Assembly (NCBI RefSeq): GCF_044704955.1
Contig: NC_091991.1
Span: 13,950,001 to 14,014,000, forward strand
DNA: 64,000 nt
Source: Pristiophorus japonicus
Taxonomy: Eukaryota
Direction of reading: 5' to 3'
Every line of letters begins with the position of its first letter. The first letter of the stretch is position 1. Shown in pieces: positions 10,101 to 22,100 of the stretch. A program made the position numbers and the translations under genes. The notes under the pieces are model-generated. The model was not told the DNA's origin and did no database searches. It saw nothing but the letters and a program-made list of their open reading frames with translations.

Positions 10101-13100
10101 GGAGCCCGTTCAGCCCCTCGAGCCTATGCTGCCATTCAGTGAGTTTATGACTGACCTGCGTTTTAACCCCATCCACCCGACTTGGCTCCATATCCCTTAA
10201 TAACCCCGTCTAGCAAAAATCTATCGCTCTCAGATTTAAAATGATTAATTGAGCCAGCATCTACAGTTTTTTTTTGTGGGCGAGAGTTACACATTTCTAC
10301 CATTATGTGAAAAAGTGTTTCACAACTTCTCTCCTGAATGGCCTGGATCCGATGTGTCCCTTTGAAGCAGTTCTGAAGTGTCCACGACCAGATTCACAGG
10401 GTTTCCCACATTGATACTCGGAGATGGGATATTGCAGCGATATTGCCATCAGGCTCATTACTTTCAGGAGGACTGGTGCGTCATAACGAACCCTGTGCTG
10501 TGCCTGTGTCTGACCCTGTGATGTGGGGGGGGGGGGGTGGGGGTGCGTGTGAGAGGGTCTGTGTCTGACCTAGGGGTGGGGGGTGGTCTGTACCTGTGGT
10601 GTGGGGGGGGGGGGGGTGGTGGTTCTGTCTGTCCCTATGATGAGGGGGTTGGGGGGGTCTGTACCTGTGATGTTGGGGAGGGGGGGGGTCTGTACCTGTG
10701 ACGTGGGGGGGGGGTCTGTACCTGTGATGTTCGGGAGGGGGGGGTCTGTCTGCCCCTGTGATGGGGGGGGGGGGGAGGGGGTCTGTCCCTGTGATGTGGG
10801 AGGGGTCTGTATCTGTGACGTGAGGTGGGGGTCTGTACCTGTGATGTTGGGGAGGGGGGAGCTCTGTACCTGTGATGTGGGGGCGGGGGTCTGTCTGTCC
10901 CTGTGATGGGGGGAGGGGGTCTGCCCCTGTGATGTGGGGGGTGGGAGGGGTCTGTATCTGTGGGCAGGCTGTGTGTGAGCTCAGTGACCTCGGCATTCTG
11001 CGTGTGGCTGTAATTCCCATCTTTTTGGTGGTGGATAGCAATGTTCCCTCTAATTCTGTCCCGTGAGTGGTCCCTTTAAATCTGTCCTATGTGTGATCCC
11101 TTTAAGTCTGCTGTGCCCCACTTGCGCGGTGTTTTCCAGCTGCCGGGACCTCGCAATCGATGTGTGGCCGGGGAGCGTTGGTGGATATTAATCCCAGCCA
11201 TTCTGTCCCAGCTTTCCATTCTGTTGTCACATACACCTGCTGGAGGTTAGACTTTGGCCTGCTATTCGGGGATTCCATGTAACCCAGATCACAAGACCCG
11301 AGCTTGTGCCCATGGAAACGGTTACAGAAGCCGACACTAATTCTGCGCGCACCATTGCAAGTCCAGCTCTCCAGTCCAGCATTGTTGGTATTCTCCTGCT
11401 TTTATTTGCCTCTTGCACAGAAATTACAGCAGGGAAACAGGCCAGTCGGCCCATGCAGTCCGTGTTGGGGCATACCCCCCCCCCCCACAGCCGCAGCGTC
11501 ATCATCCCATGTACCCGCCCTGGATCCCCTTTCCTGCAACACCCTCTCTAATTCTTCATTGTGACCTGGTCTTTGCTTTAATCACTGACGCTGGGAGTGA
11601 ATGCCACAGCCTCGCAACCCGCTGTGTAAAAGGTCTCTCCTGCTCTCTGTCCCACATCTCTTGCACTTAATCTTGTCTCCACGTCCCCTGGTTCTAGACC
11701 CATTAACCATGGAAACAGTCTGTTTCTATCTACTCAGTCCCATCCCTTCATCATTTTACACACCTTATTCATTCACCATTATCTCCTTTATTCAAATGAG
11801 CACAGCCCCAATTTTTCAGCCTTAATTTGTATCAGTATTTCCTGACACGGGCTCAATGCCACTGACTCCGTCCACACTGTTCCCTCTATGTTTCCCCTTC
11901 TCTTTTTCTTCTTTCTTGATCCTTTTATTCCTTTGCGGAACTCAAACTTTCGTACATTTTGCCACTTTATCATAACTTTAAAAACTTCTTTGGACTTGTT
12001 TGTGTTGCCACGTGTTTAAAGCCTGTTGCGGAGTAGCTGAGAGTCCTGTTGCGCCCGCCCCTGACCATATTCTCTCTCTCTAGGGAATTACGCTGCCGTG
12101 GGGAACATGACACCCGTGATCGACGTGTGGAACCTGGACCTGGTCGATTGTCTCGAGCCAGTCTTCAGTCTGGGAAACAAAAAGGCAAAGAAAAAGAAGA
12201 AAGGGAAAAAGGTATTGAGTGGCCGAGAGTTCCTGTGAGAGTATTTGCTCCGTGTTGCTGCTTGTTAACATAAGAACATAAGAAATCGGAGCAGGAGTCA
12301 GCCACCTGGCCCCTCGAGCCTGCTCCCCCATTCAATAAGACCATGGCTGATCTGATCATGGACTCAGCTCCACGTCCCTGCCTGTTCCCCATAACCCTTT
12401 ATTCCCTTATCGCTCAAAAATCTGTCTATCTCCGTCTTAAATATATTCAATAACCCAGCTTCCACAGCTCTCTGGGGCAGAGAATTCCATAGATTTACAA
12501 CCCTCTGGGAGAAGAAATTCCTCCTCAAGTCAGTTTTAAATGGGCAGCCCCTTATTCTGAGACTATGTCCCCTAGTTTTAGTTTCCCCTACGAGTGGAAA
12601 TATCTTCTCTGCATCCACCTTCGTTATCTTATATGCTTCGATAAGATCACCTCTCATTCTTCTGAACTCCATTGTGTATAGGCTCAACGTATCCTCATAA
12701 GTCAACCCCCTCATCTCCGGAATCAACCTAGTGAACCTTCTCTGACTGACTGGCCAATACAGAGCCTGTCCTGCAGCAAGTGTTTCCACTTGTGGGGAAG
12801 AGCATAACTAGAGGCCATCAATATAAGATAGTCACCTAGAAATCCAATAGGGAATTCAGGAGAAACTTCTTTACCCAGAGAGTGGTGAGAATGTGGAACT
12901 CGCTACCACAGGGAGTGGTTGAATCGAATAGTATCGATGCATTTAAGGGGAGGCTAGACAAGCATATGAGGGAGAAGGGAATAGAGGGTTATGCTGATAG
13001 ATTTAGGTGAGGAAAGACTGAAGGAGGCTCGAGTGGAGCATAAACGCCGGCATAGACTGGTTGGACCAAATGGCCTGTTTCTGTGCCGTATATCCGATGT

Positions 13101-16100
13101 AATACTGTGTAAAAACATTACGCGATTATGCGAGTCCACAAGCAGTTGTGACCTCGCCACAACACCGTATATAAGCGATAGTGAGGGGGAGGCTGGCAGC
13201 ACAGACCACCTCCCTGCCCTTTCCCACTCTGTCTTTCCCCCAGCCCAGACGAAGGTCCTTTAATGTTTACACGGGTGATCCTGATACCTCCCCATTGCGA
13301 CCACCATGCTGTTCTCCAACATGGGCTGTTTCAGCAGGGGCAGAGCCTGTTGTTTCCTGATGGTATGTGTAGGCAGTTTAACTGTTCGCTCGGACAATTG
13401 GATAGTCTGGAACGCTCGGGACACTGCTGTCTCCACAGTCTTTGCAGCGAATCAGTCGATTAGAAGTAACACTGAGAATTCTCATCAATGCTAACTGATT
13501 ATTTCAGAGTGCAGAGGAAGGAGAGCAGGAGGGACATACTGATGCAGTTCTCGACCTTTCCTGGAACAAGCATATCAGGTAAGACTCGCTGCCACTCTAC
13601 CGCATGCTTTTTAAGGATGTTCAAATTGTGATGTAGAGAAGCAGAATAAATGTGAGCAACGGCCCCTCCCCAGGCACTGGCTCCCCCATCCGTCCACCTG
13701 CCCCTCCCACCCTGCGCTGGCCCACTGTCCTGTCCCCTCCGTAATGCCCCCCCCCGCACTGGCCCCTTGTCTCTTCCCCCCCCCCACCCATGGCCTCACT
13801 GGCACCCTGTTCTCCCCCCGTCCCCTGCACCGCGCCCCCTGTGTGTGTGTGTCCCGCCGCACTGCCCCCCGCCTCACTGGCCCCCTGTTTTCACCCCCAC
13901 CCTGCACACTAGCCCCCTGTCATCGTCCCCCCAGTGCACTGGCCCCCTGTCCATTCCCCCCCGTCTCCTGCACTGTCCCCCACCCAGTAATGCCCCTCGC
14001 CCCACCCCCAGCATTGCCCCCTGTCACAGGCAGCACTCGCTCAGTCTCACCACAAGCCGTCGGTGATTGTTATGATTTTTTTTTTTAAGCTGCGATTATA
14101 ATGAGATACCGTTGCATAACTTCATAACTTTTATTTTTGTTCAAGCATTTGTGTAGAATATTAGTGTGATTCCCTGTGTTGCTACTCACTCCTCCACTAG
14201 TGTGGGCCGATCAGGGGAATTAGAGAAGCTGCAGTCTAACCAGCTGCCACCAGATGGTGCTGTTGGTTTATTTTCCTACTCTTGCCTGGTTTACTGCTAG
14301 TAACTAGAGAGGAAGTGGGCTGTGTACTGCTCGTAACTAGCTAGGAGAGAGGAAATGGGCAGGTTAGTTCTAGTAACTAGCGAGGAAGTGTATGATTGGC
14401 CCATGCACGCCTCGTGTTCACAGCGCTGACCCTCTGGTGATTGTAAGTCTGGAAGCAAGTGGTTTCTGGTTGTTATTTCCCAAGAGTCCTTTGTTGATGG
14501 ACTAAACATGAGGTTGAGCAGAAATGAAGAATAATCGAATGCATGGTTGCCTTTTGCTGAATTGCTGAAGGACAGAGAGGCGTCAGCATTTGAAGCCCTC
14601 AATGCTGCTAACTGAATGTTGTCTGTTGCACACTAGGACTGTTCTGGCCAGTGCGTCTGCGGACAAGTCCGTCATTCTCTGGGATATGTCACAGAAGAAA
14701 GCCGTGACGAATCTCTCTTCACATACAGACAAGGTAAGCTGAAACATAGCCTTCCCTTTCAGTACCACTAGCATCTGGAGCCAGAGTCACTGAGTCCCCA
14801 ACTCCTTAACTGACCTTTCCACAAACCAGGGGTTCTGCTGTCTAGTCTGCGTAGCAATTAACCTTTAAATTATCTCAGCCAACCAGAACTAGCAGCTTTA
14901 AAGGGACATCTGAGTAAACTGCTCTCTGTACTGCTGAGTACGACGCTTGTCCATCCACCATTTAATCACTCCACCATTGGCGGCCATGCCTTCAGCTGCC
15001 TGGGCCCTAAGCTCTGGAATTCCCTCCCTAAACCTCTCCGCACCTTTCCCCTCCTTTAAGACGCTGCTTAAAACCTACCTCTTTGGCCAAGCTTTTGGTC
15101 ACCTGTCCTAATGTCTCTTTCTGTGGCTCGGTGTTTATTTTTGTTGGACAATTGCTCCTGTGAAGTGCCCTGGGCCATTTTCCTAAATTAAAGGTGCTAT
15201 ATAAATGCAAGATGTTGAAAAGCTGTATGTAGGCCTGACCAGTGAGTCTCCAGGTCAAACCTTTAGCAGTGTTTAATACTGCTCAAGTTATTTTATAAGA
15301 GAGCGTAATCACAGATTTTTTCTGTACTCTATCCCAGCAACGCTACATTGTTCCAACAATAACATGAGATAACTCTGAGAACTAATTACTAAAACAGGTG
15401 GTACAAAACTGCGAACAAAGGTAGCTTGCAGCAATTAAAATCCAACAGGATTTGCGCTGTGCTGAGCAATGGTGTCGTCCACTTTCACTGCAGATGTTTG
15501 GAATGAAAGCTGAGTTTGATGGTAATTATTACGGTGCAGGCGAGGGTCTAGCACGGCCGTGTGGACCCACGACTCTTTAGGATGTTTGTGTCTGGGTAGA
15601 CAAGGAACCCGGTGAAGGTGACGTACTTGCCGTGGTTGCTGTACAAAGCAAAGCGCTGGTGCTGCTGACTGTACAGCCACACTCTGTCCCCAGTTCCCAG
15701 CCACAGCATTACACTCTGACTTTGCATCTCCCGGCGCCCAGAGTCGTCTTCATCGAAAATCATGGCCTGCACCTCACTCAGGTTTTTCATCAGCTTGACC
15801 GAAATGGCCTTAAAGGGATGCTTCCCAACGTTGAAGGCGAAGTAGTAGGCGCCTGGGATCTGGCACGTGAAGAAGCCACTCAGCTTGTTAAAGTGTTTGC
15901 CGATATTGATGTATTCCACGTCGAAGGTCACCGCTTGGTGCTGCAGGGTCTCCGTACTCTCCCCCAGCAGTGACCTCGTCCTGGCGACTGAGAATGCTGA
16001 ACGAAGAGTGTCCGCTGGCTGAGGCGCTGTTTGTCGGCTCACAGAGCATCTGTTTGCTTTGGGTTTAGCAGTGGAGTGGGAACAGTTGGAGGTAGTGGGG

Positions 16101-19100
16101 ATAGAAGGCAGGCTGTTGGCCAGCCAATAGGGGGACAGCTCTGCGTAGACTAGGTAGCCAGTGAAGGTTGTGTATGGCCCTGCGTTACTGTACAAAGCAT
16201 ACTTTGAGCTGCCATGGAGGAGCAGCCAGACACTGTCGCCTATGCCTAACTTCAACATCAGGCTCTGGCTCTGCACTTTGCGATTCTTGTGCCGATCCTC
16301 ATCGAATGCAGTCGCCTGCACTTCATGCCCATTTTTCATCAGCATGACTGACAGCATCTTTTTGGGATACTTTCCAACTGTGAAGGCGAAATAATAAGCC
16401 CCAGGAATTCTGCATACCAGCCTGCCTGTGTCCGGGCGGAAGTCGTTCCCAATATTGACCAAGAGCTTGTCAAATGTAACTGCTTTCTGGAGACCTCCCA
16501 GCATGCTGCTGGTCCTGACGGCGGAGAATGCGGATTGGTCGTTGAGACTGGAGCTGTAACCAATCACTGCTGGAACTGCCCGACGGGAAAGAGATTCCAG
16601 AGCCCCGATCAGCAACACGAACCTCAGAAAGGCCATTTCCTCCTGAAAAGAGACATGGATTGGAATTGAGGAGGATGGGAAATAAATGTTGGGAAATCTA
16701 ACAGTCGATTGGCTGCGATTGCTCTGATCACTTTCACAAGCTTCAGCTGTGACCAGAAGGAAGTGAACAAGCCAGGAACCACTGCATGTTGCGAAGGTGC
16801 ATTGTAACCGTGCCTGTTTCTAATTCTTAAATATCTTGAGAGAGATTTGCAATCATGTAATGTTTTTACACAGGATTACATAGGTTATACGACACAGAAA
16901 CAGGCCTTTTGGCCCAACCAGTCCATGCCGGCGTTTGTGCTCCATTTGGGCCTCTGCCCGTTTTTCATCGTCTAAATCTATTAGCATAACCCTCTATTCC
17001 CTTTTCCCTCATCTGTACTATTCACTGCAACCACTCCCTGTAGTAGCGAGTTCCACATTCTCACTGCTCTCTGGGTAAAGAAGTTTCTTCTGAATTCCCT
17101 ATTGGATTTCTTGGTGACTATCTTATATTGATGGCCTCTAGTTGTGCTCTTCTCCACAAGTGGAAACATTCTCTCTATTCACTCTGTCAAAATCTTTCAT
17201 AAGTTTAAAGACCTCTATTAGGTCACCCCTCAGCCTTCTCTTTCCAAGAGGAAAGAGACCCAGCCTGTTCATCCTTTCCTGATAGGTATCCCCTCGCATT
17301 TCTGAGATCATCTTTGTCAATCTTTTTTGCATCCTCTCCAGTGCCTCTATATCTTCCTTATAATAATGGGGACCAGAACTGTACACAGTACTCCAAGTGC
17401 GTTCTCACCAAGATTCGATACAGGTTAGCATAACTTCTCTACTTTTTAATGGGAGTCGGGGCGAACTCCCCACTGGCTGGAGTCATACCTAACACGAAGA
17501 AAGATAGTTGTAATTGTTGGAGGTCAATCATCTCAGCCCCAGGACATTGCTGCAGGAGTTCCTCAGGGCAATGTCCTAGGCCCAACAATCCTCAGCTGCT
17601 TCATCAATGACCTTCCCTCCATCATAGGGTAAGAAGTGGGGATGTTCGCTGATGAGTGCACAGTGTTCAGTTCCATTCGCAACTCCTCATTTAATGAAGC
17701 AGTCCATGCCCGCATGCAGCAAGACCTGGATGACATTCAGGCTTGGGCTTATAAATGACAAGTAACATTCATGCCACACAAGTGCCAGGCAATGACTATC
17801 TCCAACAAGCGAGAGTCTGACCACTTCCCCTTGGCATTACCATTGCCAAATCCCCCCCACCATCAACATCCTGGGGGGTCACTATTGACCAGAAACTTAA
17901 CTGGACCAGCCACATAAATACTGTGGCTACGTCAGAGGCTGGGTATTCTGCGGCGAGTGTCTCACCTCCTGACTCCCCAAAGCTTTTCCACCATCTACAA
18001 GGCACAAGCCACGAGTGTGATGGAACACTCATCAATTGCCTGGATGAATGCAGCTTCAACAACACACTAGAAGCTCGACATCATCCAGGACAAAGCAGCT
18101 TGCTTGATTGGCACCCCATCCAACACCCTTAAACATTCACTCCCTCCACCACTGTGGCTGCAGTGTGTACCATCTACAAGATGCACTGCAGCAACTCGCC
18201 AAGGCTTCTTCGGCAGCACCTCCCAAACTCGCGACCTCTACCACCTAGAAGGACAAGGGCAGCAGGCGCATAGGAACACCATCACCTCCAAGTTCCCCCC
18301 CTAAGTCACACACCATCCTGACTTGGAAATACATCGTCGTTCCTTCATCGTCACTGAATCAAAGTCTTGGAACACCCTCCCTAACAGCACTGTGGGAGCA
18401 CCTTCACCACACGGACTGTAGCGGTTCAAGAAGGCGGCTCACCACCACCTTCTCGAGGGAACTTCGGGACGGCCCACGTCCCATGAACGAATAAAAAAAA
18501 ATCAATTCTGTCCCTCTAGAAATAAACCCCAGTGCTTGGTTTGCTTTTTTATGGCCTTATTAAATTGCATCACTACATTTAGTGATTTGTGTATTTGTAC
18601 ATCCAAATCAATTAACTCCTCTACCCCATTTAGATTCCTATTTTCCAAGTAGTGCGTGACCTCCTTATTTTTCTTACCAAAATGTAATACCTCAGATTTA
18701 TCTGTGTTGAATTTCATTTGCCAATTATATTCTGCAAATTTATTAATGTCATCTTATAATTCGTTGCAGTCCTCCTCAGTATTGATTCATCCCTCCCCCC
18801 CACCCCAATTTGATGGTCATCCACAAATTTAGAAATTGTGTTTTTGATTCTAAAGTCCAAATCGTTATTATAAATTGCGAACAGTGGTCCCAGCTCTGAT
18901 CCTTGTGGAACAACATTACCCACCTTCTGCCACTGTGAATAGTTACCTTTCACCCCTACTTTCTGTCTTGAAGCCAGCTAGCTATCCATTCTGCTACTTG
19001 TCCCAACTCTGATTCTCTGACCTTGTTCATCGGTCTATTCCGGGGTACCTTACAAGAACCTAAGAAATAGGAACAGGAGTAGGCCATACAGCCCCTCGAG

Positions 19101-22100
19101 CCTGCTCCATCATTCAATAAGATGATGGCTGATCTGATCATGGGCTCAGCTCCACTTCCCCGCCCGCTCCTCATTACCCCTTATCGTTTAAGACACTGTC
19201 TATTTCTGTCTTAAATTTATTCAATGTTCCAGCTTCCACAGCTCTCTGAGGCAGTGAATTCCACAGATTTACACTCAGAGAAGAAATTTCTCCATATCTC
19301 AGTTTTAAATGGACGGCTCCTTATTCTAAGGTCATGCCCTCTAGTTCTAGTCTCCCCCATCAGTGGAAACGTCCTCTCTGCATCCACCTTGTCAAGCCCC
19401 CTCATAATCTTATACATTTCGATAAGATCACCTCTCATTCTTCTGAATTCCAATGAGTAGAGGCCCACCTACTCAACCTTTCCTCATAAGTCAACCCCCT
19501 CATCCCCGGAATCAACCTAGTGAACCTTCTCTGAACTGCCTCCAAAGCAAGTATACCCTTTCGTAATTATGGAAACCAAAACTGCACGCAGTATTCCAGG
19601 TGTGGCCTCACCAATACCGTATATAACTGTAGTAAGACTTCCCTGCTTTTATATTCCATCCCCTTTGCAATAAAGGCCAAAATTCCATTGGTCTTCCTGA
19701 TCACTTGCTGTACCTGCATACTAACCTTTTGTGTTTCATGCACAAGTACCCTCAGGTCCCGCTGTACTGCGGCACTGAAAGCCTTTTGGAAATCTAGATA
19801 AATTACATCTATTGCGTTACCCTTGTCCACTCTCTCTGTTTAACAGAACAAAGTTCTGAATTTACGGCAGAATTTGTTTTTTGAAGTATTCTTGTTTCTA
19901 ATTGGCACAGGATGTGTTTTATTCAAACAGTGGGATTTTTAATTGTGAGATTACACTCTGGGTATGTTTGCACAGCTGCCAGTGAAGGACACGTCCCACA
20001 GAGGTATGGTGTGAAATAGTGGGCGATTTTAACCCTACCCACCCAGCAGGTATCAGCTGTGTGGCCGACTAAAACCCCCACCCCTGGGTTATTCACCGAA
20101 ATCTGCTGGGATCTCACCACAGGCCAGGCGGGGACCCTCACAGGTTCACATCACGTCCCGATGGCAGCATCGCAGCCCAACTTGTGAGTCTAACTGGGGC
20201 CTGAGCCGGGAAACACATTGGCTTTCCTGCCAGGTGAAGGGCCGGGGCCAGGAGAGACCCAAGACGCGGGTCTTTCCTTGTGTGGCGAGACCCCCTGGGT
20301 GGGAAGTTGGCCAGTGGGGTTTAAGTGAGGCCCCGCAGAGTAGCGAGTGAGTTTCCTGCTCCCACTCAACACCCAAAACCCACCCGCAGTTCAAATTGGG
20401 GCCAGATCTTAGAAACGTCTCCGTGTTTCAAAATGCTGAATAATATAATGCTATAAATGAAAAGTACCAATGAATGTCGGCACACCACCAACCCAAAGAT
20501 AAAACCATGGGACATCAGCGGCCTGCCTCTGTGACAATGTGTAGACACACACGGGCACACACACGACAGCTGGTTTGGGCAGTGTATTAAGATGCTCAAG
20601 CATAATCCCTGAAGTAACTGAACAGCTCACGCGCTATTGGCGGGGTGGGAGGACTTAAGGCGGTGTTAGAATGTTGTACTGTGTTCTGTGGGAGTTATTA
20701 TTCTATTTGTTTTTAAGGACCTTGAATATCTTTAACTTATGGGGAGGCGGGTGTTCCTTCTGACAGTGGAAGTGTCCCTTGGGGAACTTGCAAACTATGT
20801 CGACAGATCTCAAAGGCAAAATGGTATGTTCTGGATATTGTAGCCAGTCTGAACCGTGATGTGGGTGCACTTGTTACGAGCAGTGCGTCTCTCATTCATG
20901 TTTTATACATGACCAGCTTGCACAGAACATTGAGGAAGACTCTATATCCGTCAATGGGGAATTCTACATCAGATAGTCTTTCTGCAGTATATTTTGTGAA
21001 GCAAGGTTAGTACAATCAATAGAAACATAGAAAATAGGTGCAGGAGTAGGCCATTCGGCCCTTCTAGCCTGCACCGCCATTCAATGAGTTCATGGCTGAA
21101 CATGCAACTTCAGTACCCCATTCCTGCTTTCTCACCATACCCCTTGATTCCGCTAGTAGTAAGGACTTCATCTAACTCCTTTTTGAATATATTTAGTGAA
21201 TTGGCCTCAACAACTTTCTGTGGTAGAGAATTCCACAGGTTCACCACTCTCTGGGTGAAGAAATTCCTCCTCATCTCGGTCCTAAATGGCTTCCCCCTTA
21301 TCCTTAGACTGTGACCCCTGGTTCTGGACTTCCCCAACATTGGGAACATTCTTCTTGCATCTAACCCGTCTAACCCCGTCAGAATTTTAAACGTTTCTAT
21401 GAGGTCCCCTCTCATTCTTCTGAACTCCAGTGAATACAAGCCCAGTTGATCCAGTCTTTCTTGATAGGTCAGTCCCGCCATCCCTGGAATCAGTCTGGTG
21501 AACCTTCGCTGCACTCCCTCAATAGCAAGAATGTCCTTCCTCAGGTTAGGAGACCAAAACTGTACACAATACTCCAGGTGTGGCCTCACCAAGGCCCTGT
21601 ACAATTGTAGCAACACCTCCCTGCCCCTGTACTCAAATCCCCTCGCTATGAAGGCCAACATGCCATTTGCTTTCTTAACCGCCTGCTGTACCTGCATGCC
21701 AACCTTCAATGACTGATGTACCATGACACCCAGGTCTCTTTGCACCTCCCCTTTTCCTAATCTGTCACCATTCAGATAATAGTCTGTCTCTCTGTTTTTA
21801 CCACCAAAGTGGATAACCTCACATTTATCCACATTATACTTCATCTGCCATGCATTTGCCCACTCACCTAACCTATTCAAGTCGCTCTGCAGCCTCATAG
21901 CATCCTCCTTGCAGCTCACACTGCCACCCAACTTAGTGTCATCTGCAAATTTGGAGATACTACATTTAATCCCCTCGTCTAAATCATTAATGTACAGTGT
22001 AAACAGCTGGGGCCCCAGCACAGAACCTTGCGGTACCCCACTAGTCACTGCCTGCCATTCTGAAAAGTCCCCATTTACTCCTACTCTTTGCTTCCTGTCT

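Noticed and set aside
9451-10200. 249-aa ORF
   Set aside because: Only 9479-9589 is PWP1 exon 6; the rest is read-through past a good GT donor into intron and a CR1 tail.
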